DNA of 64,000 bases from an uncultured Chloroflexia bacterium (GCA_963751075.1 CAVVTE010000012.1:8149-72148), one strand, 5' to 3'. Shown: positions 10,013-18,103, counted from the first letter of the stretch. Notes: generated from the sequence alone by a model not told the origin. A program made the numbers and translations.

Positions 10013-10287
10013 GGCATCAGTCCAGTAACGCCAGGTGTGGGATAAGGAGAAATCTCTTCACGCCACGGTGAATGACCCCAGTTGGTCACCGTCCGAGGTG
10101 CCCGTTCTTTACGACCGTGGACGAGCCGGTTGGCCGTCTGGAGAGATCTCGGGTCTCTCTCAAGGAGTGAGAAAGGAAGGTAGGGATGGGCGCGAGCACT
10201 TCGCCCGCAATCCCGTGGCCCGAACCCCTCCCAGTGTGCCGCCGCACCGCCTGCCCGATGGCTGCCTGCAAGGAGCGCGGGACGTGA
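10013..10287. ncRNA. conserved non-coding block, copy 2
   Basis: Aligns with 4568-4834 from GGCATCAG onward; the flanks upstream of that point are unrelated. Confidence 0.3.
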
Positions 10288-10318
10288 AGAGGCCAGCGCT
10301 CCTCAGGCGCCGGCCTCT
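10288..10318. terminator. hairpin homologous to 4835-4865 (one arm substitution)
   Basis: AGAGGCCAGCGC / GCGCCGGCCTCT with the same loop. Confidence 0.45.
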
Positions 10319-10377
10319 GTCTTAGGATGCAATCCGCTCTGGCCTTCGTTGGCCGGTGGCCTTAGATAGCCAGGGAC

Positions 10378-11319
10378 CTAATCTCGCTTAATGCATACGC
10401 CGTTCACGCACACTGCGACATTCGGGCCCCAGTATTCGTCGCAGTCTTCCTGCCCTTCAGAGCGGCAGTCGGCCAAACATGCCCCGAGGACACAGAACTC
10501 CGGGAATGCGCCGCCTAGCTGGCAGTCATTGTCGGCATTGCACGACGTGAATACATAGTCGCTCGGATCGAAGACGCAGACGTCCTCCGTGAACTCAGAG
10601 CTCTCGTTGCCGTCTTCGTTGCAGACCAACGGCTCGAGGTCGGGGTTTGCAGTGGACAAGATATTTTCGCAGTCGGCGTTTTCGTCGCAGGCGACCTGGC
10701 CAACGCAGCGGCCATTGCTATTACAGAACCCAAACCCAGCCCGGCACTGCTCTAAGCTGGTGCAGTTGACGCACTGGCCGGTGGCCGTGTCGCAGACCAG
10801 CCCGGCGTTATCCCCAACGCAGCCCGCGTTGTTGCAGTTGAACCCGGCGGCGGCGGTGGCGGCGCGACGCACTGGCCGGTGCCGGTGTTGCAGACGTTCG
10901 GCGCGTCGCACTGAGTGCTGTTGGTGCAGTTCTGGCATTGGCCGCTGATGCAGACCCGCGGGGCGCACTGCGAGTTATTCGTGCAGGCCGATAGGAGCAG
11001 GCGTCGCACAGCCACTGACGCCGGTTGGCAGCGACCCTTGTAGGCACAGGGATTGCGCCGCAGGAGTCTTCTTGGCCTTCTTCTTCTCTTTCTTCTTGAT
11101 CTGGCAGGTGGCCGGGATCCGCACTCGCACAGATGCAGATCCGGATCTTCTTTCGTCGTTGTTGTTGTTGTTCTTCTTGGCGCCGGCCTCCTCGCGGGTG
11201 AGGCTCATGCCCGTGGCGCCGGCGACTGCGCCGGCCACCAACCCCCGCAGGGCCGTGAGACGGCTGACGCGGGTGGTGCCGAGGCGCTTGATCAGTTGAT
11301 CGAACTGGGTCCCGTCCAC
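10378..11319 (-). pseudogene. Cys-rich secreted protein family member 3 (recent paralog of member 2) with several frameshifts
   Basis: GTG start gives MDGTQFDQLIKRLGTTRVSRLTALRGLVAGAVAGATG. The expected RKKIRICICASADP, KKKEKKKAKKT, CTNNSQCAPRVCISGQC and C-terminal segments lie in three different frames (ORFs 10975..11319, 10808..11704, 10752..11015, 10378..10968). Confidence 0.7.
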
Positions 11320-11570
11320 TCTGTGTCCACCCTTTCTCGGTGAGCGATGGTGGGGGTCGCCCGCAGTGGCTCCCCATCCTCTCCTTGAATCCTCTCCTAC
11401 GAGACGTGTGCTCCTCAGGGTGCCCGGGCCCTCCTATTCCCGCACCCCATCTCGTCGCCCTACCCGCCCGCGTGACCGCGGACGGTACCGCACACGATGC
11501 CGAGGTCAATGACCATGGTGCATCAAACCACGCACCGAGCCATCGACCGAGACGGTCCATGTACACTAGT

Positions 11571-11601
11571 ACTACACCGAGGAGGCGAAATCGGATGCAT
11601 C
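11571..11601 (-). promoter_or_regulatory. bipartite upstream motif copy 3
   Basis: ACTACACC at 11571-11578 and GGATGCATC at 11593-11601, spacer 14 nt, 252 nt upstream of the start at 11319. Confidence 0.6.
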
Positions 11602-11806
11602 CTTTGCACCGAGCACCCCTCATCCCAACCACTGCTGATCGAGATGTGTCCGGCTTCGACGCGGTGCGACGTGACGACGACACACTATAGCGCACGCCAA
11701 GCATATATTATGCCGTCGAGTACAGAAAACAGCAATACCGCAGACAACGTTCTGTACTCCATGGGGTACGCTAGCGCCTACCGGGACATCTCGGTCGCGG
11801 CGTGGG

Positions 11807-12572
11807 GTGACGATCATGGACCACTTCCCCAGGGTGGGCGAGGAGCTGCTGAGCGCGGACGACGTCGCCCGCTACCTCGAGCTGGAGCCGGTGACCATCT
11901 ACCGCTGGTGCCGGGAGGGGCGCCTGCCCTGCATGAAGCTGGGCAAGGTCTGGCGCATCCGCCGCACCGCCCTCGAGACCTTCCTGCGCCGGGCCGAGCA
12001 GCCCCGGACGCTGACCGCCCATCTGGGCGCCTTCTTCGCCGTGCCCGACCAGGTGCTCGCCGTCGCCGAGGACGCGGCCCTGCTGGCGCGCCTGGACGCC
12101 GCCGTCTTCCAGGTCGCCGAGGCGCGCGACGCGCTGCTGGTCAAGTTCTACGACCCCACGATGGCGCCGCGGGAGGAGCTGCGGGCCGGCTTTCGGCGCG
12201 AGGGACTGGAGATCGAGCGGCTGGAGGGGGCGGGGCGCTTCCGCTGGTGCCCGGCGGGCGACCCGGCCGGCGCGGTCGCCTCCCTGCGCCATCTCCTGAG
12301 CGAGGAAGGCTCGGCGGGACGGCCGGTATGGGTCGTCTTCGACTGGCTGGGAGAGCCAGAGTTGGACGCGGCATTGCGCCAGCAGGCGGAACTGGCCGAT
12401 CTGGTGGCGACGTACCCGCTTGGTGGTCACGACCGGGGTGGTGGCGCCGGCGCCGCAGGAGTGGCCGTCGCCGGAGTCCCAGTGGCAGCTGTTGGGATCG
12501 TTGCGCGGCGTCATCCGCTACGCGTCGACGGGTCTCCTGTTGAGTCGGGTGGTCTCGTCGCTCGAGGCGTAA
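11807..12572 (+). pseudogene. excisionase/MerR-type HTH fused to a MEDS-like (DcmR-type) domain; apparent frameshift near 12415
   Basis: N-terminus is LLSADDVARYLELEPVTIYRWCREGRLPCMKLGKVWRIRRTALETFL. After ...ATYP the listed frame turns Gly/Ala-rich. Frame 0 instead reads LVVTTGVVAPAPQEWPSPESQWQLLGSLRGVIRYASTGLLLSRVVSSLEA* and ends at TAA 12570-12572. Confidence 0.6.
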
Positions 12573-12641
12573 GGCCAGGGGTCTCGCCGCGCGAGGCGTA
12601 AGCCAAGTGGTACCGCCGCTCGAGGCGTAAGCCCAACGGTG
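12555..12641. repeat. 3 x 29-nt imperfect tandem repeat, each unit carrying ...GAGGCGTAAG (the stop-codon region of the HTH gene)
   Basis: Anchor GAGGCGTAA occurs at 12564, 12593 and 12622. Confidence 0.8.
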
Positions 12642-12708
12642 ACCCGAGCACAACCGGGGACGTGGGCCGACACCTGTCGCACCCCCGTCTCGACGATCGT
12701 CGCCGGCA

Positions 12709-12762
12709 AAAACGGATGCATCCTTTGCACCGAGCACTCCCTATCCCCAGCCCTGCTCCCTA
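12709..12762. repeat. direct repeat of 11588-11640 (contains the GGATGCATCC half of the bipartite motif, lacks ACTACACC)
   Basis: CGGATGCATCCTTTGCACCGAGCAC is identical in both copies, and similarity continues ~25 nt further. Confidence 0.6.
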
Positions 12763-12932
12763 TGAACGCCCCTCACTCCCAACCGCCACTCAGCGAGTGG
12801 GAATGAGGGGCCGTGAACACACCGACGGCGCGCCCGAAACGATGCGCGCCGTGGGCAAGATGTCAGATTCCGCGTGTCCTGGCGCGCTCCCTCGCGCCGG
12901 TCGTTGGTCAGTTACGGGCCACTGATCGGTGT

Positions 12933-12962
12933 GGGTCGCGATTCTCGCGGGAATCGCGACCC
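12933..12962. terminator. 11-bp hairpin (GGGTCGCGATT / AATCGCGACCC) followed by GTCCTTCTT, downstream of Cys-rich gene 4
   Basis: Inverted repeat read from the sequence. Confidence 0.4.
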
Positions 12963-13043
12963 GTCCTTCTTACACCCACCGTACGAGAGAACTGAGCCCC
13001 AGCTCCGAGTGAGCATCTGCGCGACCCGCTCCCTGATCGTCCA

Positions 13044-13919
13044 TTACACCGCCGCCCGACAGAACTGCGCTCCGGCTCCTGTGGTAGCGGGATCACACGC
13101 TCCAGAGCAGCACCCTGGGTTCGTCCCACTGGCTGGGCAGCCGCCCGGAGCAGGATTCGCGTTGACTACGCAGCAGCGGCCGTCACCCGGCGCTCCGGTA
13201 GGAGTTTCACAAATCATGCCCAGGCCCGGCGGGTCTGTTGGGCAGCATGTACCCAGGCTGTTTGCAGCGGTTAATACGCATGTCTCGGTTGCGAGCGAAC
13301 AGCAGACATCGGTCGCACCATTTTCAATGCATGTCCGGCCCTGGCAGCATGTGCCCTGCGTGCCAGGGGTCGTGCACGTCGCGCCACCGGACCGGCACGT
13401 CGAACACTCGTTGGCGGTGTCGGCGAGTGGTCCCGTCGTGGACCCACCGGCGTTACAGATCCCGGAGCAGCACTGCCCATCCGCGGTGCAGGCCGCGGTC
13501 AGGGCCAAGCAGTCCTCCTCGTTACAGGCATTCAGATTCGGTTTGCAGGTCCCGGCCTTCTTGCTCCCCGGTGAGCAACAGATTTCCCCGGGCTTGCACG
13601 CCCCGCCGCATTCCGGCGGCGGTGGTGGTTTCGGCGTCTTGACGCACTTGCCCTTATAGTCATACGGGTGCTGTCGCAGGTGCCGCCTGGCCTTTTTCTT
13701 CGAGAATCGCTTGGTAACGCAGCCGATCTGCTGGGGATTGTTGTCACCACAATGGCAGATCGTCCGTTTGCGCCGGTGGGCCTCGGTCTCCTCAGGCGCG
13801 AGGCTCGCGCCCGTCAGCGCCGCCACGGCTCCCGCGGCCAGGCCCTGCAGCACCCGCAGGCGGCTGAGCCGCGTGCGGCTGAGACCCTTGATCAGGTTAT
13901 CAAACGTCGTCCCGTCCAT
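13044..13919 (-). CDS. Cys-rich secreted protein family member 4 (intact)
   Basis: MDGTTFDNLIKGLSRTRLSRLRVLQGLAAGAVAALTGASLA...TICHCGDNN...KKKARRHLRQHPYDYKGKC, then a Pro run and a >30-Cys Gly/Thr-rich domain. A single open frame of 291 aa. Confidence 0.8.
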   Translation of the reverse strand: MDGTTFDNLIKGLSRTRLSRLRVLQGLAAGAVAALTGASLAPEETEAHRRKRTICHCGDNNPQQIGCVTKRFSKKKARRHLRQHPYDYKGKCVKTPKPPPPPECGGACKPGEICCSPGSKKAGTCKPNLNACNEEDCLALTAACTADGQCCSGICNAGGSTTGPLADTANECSTCRSGGATCTTPGTQGTCCQGRTCIENGATDVCCSLATETCVLTAANSLGTCCPTDPPGLGMICETPTGAPGDGRCCVVNANPAPGGCPASGTNPGCCSGACDPATTGAGAQFCRAAV

Positions 13920-14041
13920 TGCTTTCTGGTCCTCTCATCGTCACCGTCGGGCTGTGTCGGCTGGCCCTCATCGGCCATCCATTGATTTCTGGTCTTTTCG
14001 TCACCGTCGGGTGTGTAGGGTGGCCCTCATCGGCCGTCCAT
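13917..14041. repeat. tandem duplication (63 + 59 nt) of the start-codon region of Cys-rich gene 4
   Basis: TCCAT plus upstream sequence recurs at 13917, 13980 and 14039. The upstream copies read ATG GAT/GAC GGC CGA TGA. Confidence 0.8.
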
Positions 14042-14236
14042 CCTGCTCCGCCCCCTGGGGACTTGCGCTCGCCGGGTTGCCCGGATCCTCCTCTGCCGCA
14101 ACCGACGGATAGGTACTCACGCGATCGCGTGGTCTTGGATGGCATGGCACACGGAACGGAGTGGCCGAATGGCCGAAGAGCGCCGTCGTCGGCGCCACAG
14201 GTCGGGTCATCGATCACGACGGCCCGTATAGGTATC

Positions 14237-14267
14237 ACTACACCGGGCCCGCGCGATCGGATGCATC
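14237..14267 (-). promoter_or_regulatory. bipartite upstream motif copy 4
   Basis: ACTACACC at 14237-14244 and GGATGCATC at 14259-14267, spacer 14 nt. Confidence 0.6.
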
Positions 14268-14351
14268 CGGTGCTCTGGGACCGGTCGGAGGCGGGGTTGA
14301 TCCAGGGAATCCAAACGTCCGGGGGCGGTGTATATACAAAGGGAAGTAGCA

Positions 14352-14469
14352 AGTGATTGTAGTAAATCGGGTTCGCGCGGCCAGACTTCCCCACGGAAAC
14401 GGGTGTCACGCTTGGTTATAGTAGATCGGGTTCGCGCGGCCAGACTTCCCCGCGGAAACGGTTGTCACG
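14352..14469. repeat. 2 x 59-nt imperfect tandem duplication (intergenic)
   Basis: ATCGGGTTCGCGCGGCCAGACTTCCCC occurs at 14366 and 14425. Confidence 0.8.
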
Positions 14470-14663
14470 CTGGAGTCTCGTCGGCTCCAACGTCGCCTCT
14501 GATCCGCCGCGAGCCCGTGGTGGATCGATGGACTGTTGGTGATCGCTCGGTCCGGCGGCAGAATGGCTCGAGGTGGAGCAGATTGTCGAGCAGCGCTGCT
14601 CGAAACACTGTCGATGCAATCTTCGCGCTGTTCAAAGCGCCAGCGGCGCGGCCGGGAGAATTC

Positions 14664-15218
14664 ATGGTGCTGTTCCGACACATTCAAGGGCTGGTGCTCT
14701 GGAGCCTGCTGACGGCGTTGCTGGCGTTCACTGTGGTGCCAGTGGCGGCCCAGAATATTGGGTACTTCGGCAAGAATCGGCTGGAGTTCGCGCAAGTCGA
14801 CTCAGATTCGCTCCCGGATGCGACGGGAACCGGCATCGTCGACTACAAGGGCGGCAAGGAGCCGTCGTCGCAGTGGCGGGCATCATTTCGATTTACGGGG
14901 CTTGAAGCGAGAGCAAGCTATACCGTCGTAGTCAAAGGCCGGTTTGGCGACCGGGGCTCCCCGGAAGAAGATGTCCTTTCCCCGTTGTGCTCATTCACGA
15001 CCGACGCCGCTGGGGAGGGGAGCTGCTTCTGGTATTTCCGGGGCCTGGCGCGGCTCAATCTGGTGCAACTGCGTGCAGGGGACGAAAGCGGCTCCCGGGT
15101 GCTGGAGGCGAGCCGCGCTGGCGAGCTCGGCTCGATCGAGACAGAGCCCAACCGCTTCTCGCCGGGCGGGGAGATCCCAGCGCACAAGAAATCCCAGAAC
15201 GGCAGGGATTCCCAATAA
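14664..15218 (+). CDS. secreted hypothetical protein (signal peptide)
   Basis: ATG at 14664 follows GGGAGA. N-terminus is MVLFRHIQGLVLWSLLTALLAFTVVPVAAQN. No family recognised. Confidence 0.6.
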   Translation: MVLFRHIQGLVLWSLLTALLAFTVVPVAAQNIGYFGKNRLEFAQVDSDSLPDATGTGIVDYKGGKEPSSQWRASFRFTGLEARASYTVVVKGRFGDRGSPEEDVLSPLCSFTTDAAGEGSCFWYFRGLARLNLVQLRAGDESGSRVLEASRAGELGSIETEPNRFSPGGEIPAHKKSQNGRDSQ

Positions 15219-15428
15219 GGGGGGTCCGCCCGCACCCCCTGGCTCGGCAGACCCAGAACGGCAGGAATTCCCAATGAGGGTGGGTGCGCCCGCACCCCCG
15301 GTTCGTCAGACCCGGAACGGCAGACACTTCCAATGATGGTGGGTGCGCCCGCACCCCGGTTCGTCAGATTCGGAACAACAGGAATGCCTAATGAGGGGGA
15401 TGCGCCCGTACCGAGGATCGTCAGACGC
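15195..15428. repeat. 4 x 58-59-nt tandem array; each unit repeats the last codons plus a stop (TAA/TGA) of the preceding gene
   Basis: Anchor GAAC(G/A) occurs at 15198, 15257, 15316 and 15374 (GAACGGCAG in units 1-3, GAACAACAG in unit 4). Units end ...CCAATAA, CCAATGA, CCAATGA, CTAATGA. Confidence 0.85.
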
Positions 15429-15466
15429 CGAGATGATTCAACCAGGGCGAGGATGTCAGTGTGGCG

Positions 15467-16468
15467 TCAATCGATGCCGGCAGGTGGGATGAGTAGCGCT
15501 GGCAAGGGTGGCGGCAGGGCCGCGATTTCGGGTGAGAACGCTCCGCCAAGCACCATATCAGAGGTGGGGACGGCGCTTCCCGTCTGTGGCTCGGCAGTGA
15601 GGGCGACCCCGACATAGTCGGTGAAGGGACCGGGAGTCTGGAGTAACGCGCGAATCTCGCCGTCGGCTGCGGCGGGCAGCAGGCCGGCGCTCTGTTGCGT
15701 GTTTTGCGTCGTGAACAACCACACCTGATAGCGCTGATCGTGCGGCAGCACCGGCAGCCCGTTGGCGACCAGATACACCTCACGTCCTGTCGGCTCGGCG
15801 AAGACGACGCCGCCCGCGGCCACCGGCAGGTCACTGTCATCCAGCGGGTAGGCCGTGGCCGGATCACTCACCAGGGCGGAGATGTGATCATCCTCGATGA
15901 CCGCGTTGCGCTCATCGTAGCTCCAGGCCCCAAGTCCGCTGACCAGGAAGATCGCCGCCGATGCCGCCACGAGCGCCCAGCGTGGGGGCGGTTGTCCAAA
16001 CGGCAGACGGCGGCGGCTGTCGGCGTCGGCGTCCAGCCGCTGCCCAACCTCGTCGCTCGGATGCGGCCCAGCAGTAACACTGGCGGGAATTACCTCCCGC
16101 TGCCCGACCTCGCCGCTTGGTTGCGACTCAGCACTGATACTCGCAGCAATTACCTCCCGCTGCCCAACCTCGCCGCTCGGATGCGGCCCGGCAGTGACAC
16201 TCGCAGGAGTTAGCGCTTGACTGTTGGCGGCTGGACGTTGGGTGGCCGCCCGCTGGAGGATTGAGTCGCGCAACCAAGGTGCGGGTGGGGGAACAGCAGC
16301 GAGCACGCCGAGGACGTCCATCGCATTGTCCAGCTCGCGGCGACAGGTGGGGCAGGTGTCCAGATGCCGGGTGACTCGGCGCAGGCTGGTCTCGTCCAGT
16401 TTTCCCAGGACGTAGTCAGGCAGCAGGGCAACGATCGTGAGATGATCTCTCGTGGCCGTGTCTAGCAT
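15467..16468 (-). CDS. anti-sigma factor (zinc-finger HxxxCxxC N-domain, one TM segment, RskA-like C-domain)
   Basis: Starts MLDTATRDHLTIVALLPDYVLGKLDE...HLDTCPTCRRELDNAM, with TM segment WALVAASAAIFLVSGLGAW. Lies directly downstream of the ECF sigma gene. Confidence 0.75.
   Translation of the reverse strand: MLDTATRDHLTIVALLPDYVLGKLDETSLRRVTRHLDTCPTCRRELDNAMDVLGVLAAVPPPAPWLRDSILQRAATQRPAANSQALTPASVTAGPHPSGEVGQREVIAASISAESQPSGEVGQREVIPASVTAGPHPSDEVGQRLDADADSRRRLPFGQPPPRWALVAASAAIFLVSGLGAWSYDERNAVIEDDHISALVSDPATAYPLDDSDLPVAAGGVVFAEPTGREVYLVANGLPVLPHDQRYQVWLFTTQNTQQSAGLLPAAADGEIRALLQTPGPFTDYVGVALTAEPQTGSAVPTSDMVLGGAFSPEIAALPPPLPALLIPPAGID
16038..16210. repeat. 2.9 x 60-nt in-frame tandem repeat inside the anti-sigma gene (20-aa units PSGEVGQREVI.AS..A..)
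   Basis: TGCCC(A/G)ACCT occurs at 16041, 16101 and 16161. Confidence 0.85.
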
Positions 16469-16523
16469 CGCTCCTGTCTCAACCCGCTTGGGAGCCTCCG
16501 CGGGGGAAGCATCCCCACCATTG

Positions 16524-17288
16524 TCAAACACTTCGCCAGCCTGTGTCGATGCCGAGCGCCGGCAGCGCCTCACGGAGGGTGCAGAGGGCCCGGCGCATCC
16601 GCGACTTGACGGTGCCGAGCGGCTCGCCCAGGATCGCCGCAATCTCCGACTGACTATATCCCGCCGCGTACAACGCGAGCACGGCACGCTGAGCCGGCGG
16701 CAGCTGGTCGAGCGCGTGGACTAGCCCGGCATCGCGGACCGCGCACCACGCGTCTGCTGCTGGATCGGGCCCCGGTTCAACGCATCCAGCATAGGCGCTG
16801 CCGTCTGGATCGGCGTCCGCGTCCCGGCCCTGCAGCTGCGGCCGCCGCCGCCGGCGGCGCAGCTCGTTCAGCGCCAGGTGGTGGGCGATTCCGTGCAGCC
16901 AGCAGCGGACCGAGCCGCGGGCCTCATCAAAGGTGTGGGCCTGTTGCCAGGCGCGGAGGAAGACCTCCTGCAGAAGCTCCTCGGCCGTCTCTCGATCGCC
17001 GACGATGCGTACGAGCAGCGAGAAGACGACCCGGACATGGCGGTCGTAGAGTGCGCCAAGCGCCTCGGTTTCGCCGGCCACGAGCGCGGCCATCAACGCG
17101 TCATCCGGCACATCGTCGTGCGGCAGTGCGCTAAGCGATTGAGCCGGATCACCGCCAGGAGCCGGCGGCACGATCCGCAATCGCGGCGTTTCTGGGGCTG
17201 TGGGCGCTGCTGGCGCCTCGCCGGTGGGGTCACGCTGGTGGTGCTGACTCACGTTGCCCAGTCCGATGGTTGGATCGTTCGAGGTCAC
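16524..17288 (-). CDS. ECF-type RNA polymerase sigma-70 family factor with an N-terminal extension
   Basis: Region 2 reads LYDRHVRVVFSLLVRIVGDRETAEELLQEVFLRAW. Region 4 reads LPPAQRAVLALYAAGYSQSEIAAILGEPLGTVKSRMRRAL. Start codon is GTG. Confidence 0.85.
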   Translation of the reverse strand: MTSNDPTIGLGNVSQHHQRDPTGEAPAAPTAPETPRLRIVPPAPGGDPAQSLSALPHDDVPDDALMAALVAGETEALGALYDRHVRVVFSLLVRIVGDRETAEELLQEVFLRAWQQAHTFDEARGSVRCWLHGIAHHLALNELRRRRRRPQLQGRDADADPDGSAYAGCVEPGPDPAADAWCAVRDAGLVHALDQLPPAQRAVLALYAAGYSQSEIAAILGEPLGTVKSRMRRALCTLREALPALGIDTGWRSV

Positions 17289-17382
17289 TCGGTTACTCGG
17301 CGGCCACGGCTTTGTAGCATAGTCCGATGGTTGGATCGTTTGAGGTCACTCGAGTTACTCGGCGGCCACGGATTTGTAGCAT
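17260..17382. repeat. tandem duplication (61 + 62 nt) of the sigma-factor start region (first 9 codons plus ~34 nt upstream)
   Basis: AGTCCGATGGTTGGATCGTT occurs at 17260 and 17321. The upstream copy encodes an 18-aa uORF (17293-17349, MTSNDPTIGLCYKAVAAE*) that ends 4 nt before the real GTG. Confidence 0.85.
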
Positions 17383-17452
17383 ATCAGGATTTCGCGAACC
17401 TCACGCCTTCGGCATCCCGCGGGATACGCGTCAAGACCGATAGATGACATTG

Positions 17453-17568
17453 ACGAGACTATCGAGGTCGGCATCATTCGCCGTCCATGTCTGGCGGGCC
17501 AAGCAGATTGGCGAGAGTATCGAGATCGGCATCATTCGATGTCCAAGTCTGGTGGGCAAAGCAGCTGG
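17453..17568. repeat. 2 x 58-nt tandem duplication; on the minus strand each unit ends a reading frame with ...PPD(L/M)D(I/G)E-TGA
   Basis: TATCGAG(G/A)TCGGCATCATTCG occurs at 17460 and 17518. Confidence 0.8.
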
Positions 17569-17809
17569 TTGATCATCCCTTCGCTTTGCGGGCAAAGCCA
17601 GGGGCATCTCGGAGCCAGGACGGGCCGCTTCGGTAGAGAGTGCTCCATCGGAACCCCATATGAAGACGGTGGGGACCAGTAGTCACTGCCCAGTTTGGAA
17701 CCGCGCAGCTGATCCGCGAGACCGGATGCTTCCAGGCTCGCAGGAAGCGCATGAGCTGTGCCACCCGTGCCTTCGTCCTTCCTGGGCCCTGGAGCAAACG
17801 ATGGTGGAC

Positions 17810-17925
17810 ACCGGAATCAGCTATGCAGCGTGCGACGAGCCCTGGAAATGCGGCATTCAGCTCATCAACCGGGATCAGCTATGCAGCGTGCAACGAGCCC
17901 TGGAAACGCGGCATTCAGCTCATCA
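17810..17925. repeat. 2 x 58-nt tandem duplication
   Basis: ATCAGCTATGCAGCGTGC occurs at 17816 and 17874. Confidence 0.85.
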
Positions 17926-17985
17926 TGCTGGAACGTGAATCTCGATTCGAGTTGGAGGCGATTCAGCTCTCACGAACGTCGCGTG

Positions 17986-18103
17986 GGAGGCACTCCGAGA
18001 GGTCCAACCTGCCGCGTGCTTCGAGATCCTGGGCCAGGGCTTTAGGAGGCACTTTGAGAGGTCCAACCTGCCGCGTGCTTCGAGATCCTGGGCCAGGGCT
18101 TCG
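17986..18103. repeat. 2 x 59-nt tandem duplication
   Basis: GGAGGCACT...GGTCCAACCTGCCGCGTGCTTCGAGATCCTGGGCCAGGGCTT occurs at 17986 and 18045. Confidence 0.85.

Noticed and set aside
11497-12737. ORFs 11497..12543 (+), 11771..12514 (-) and 12141..12737 (-) overlapping the HTH/MEDS gene
   Set aside because: They are Arg/Gly/Pro-rich alternative-frame products. The HTH-containing frame has a clear DNA-binding motif and explains the locus.
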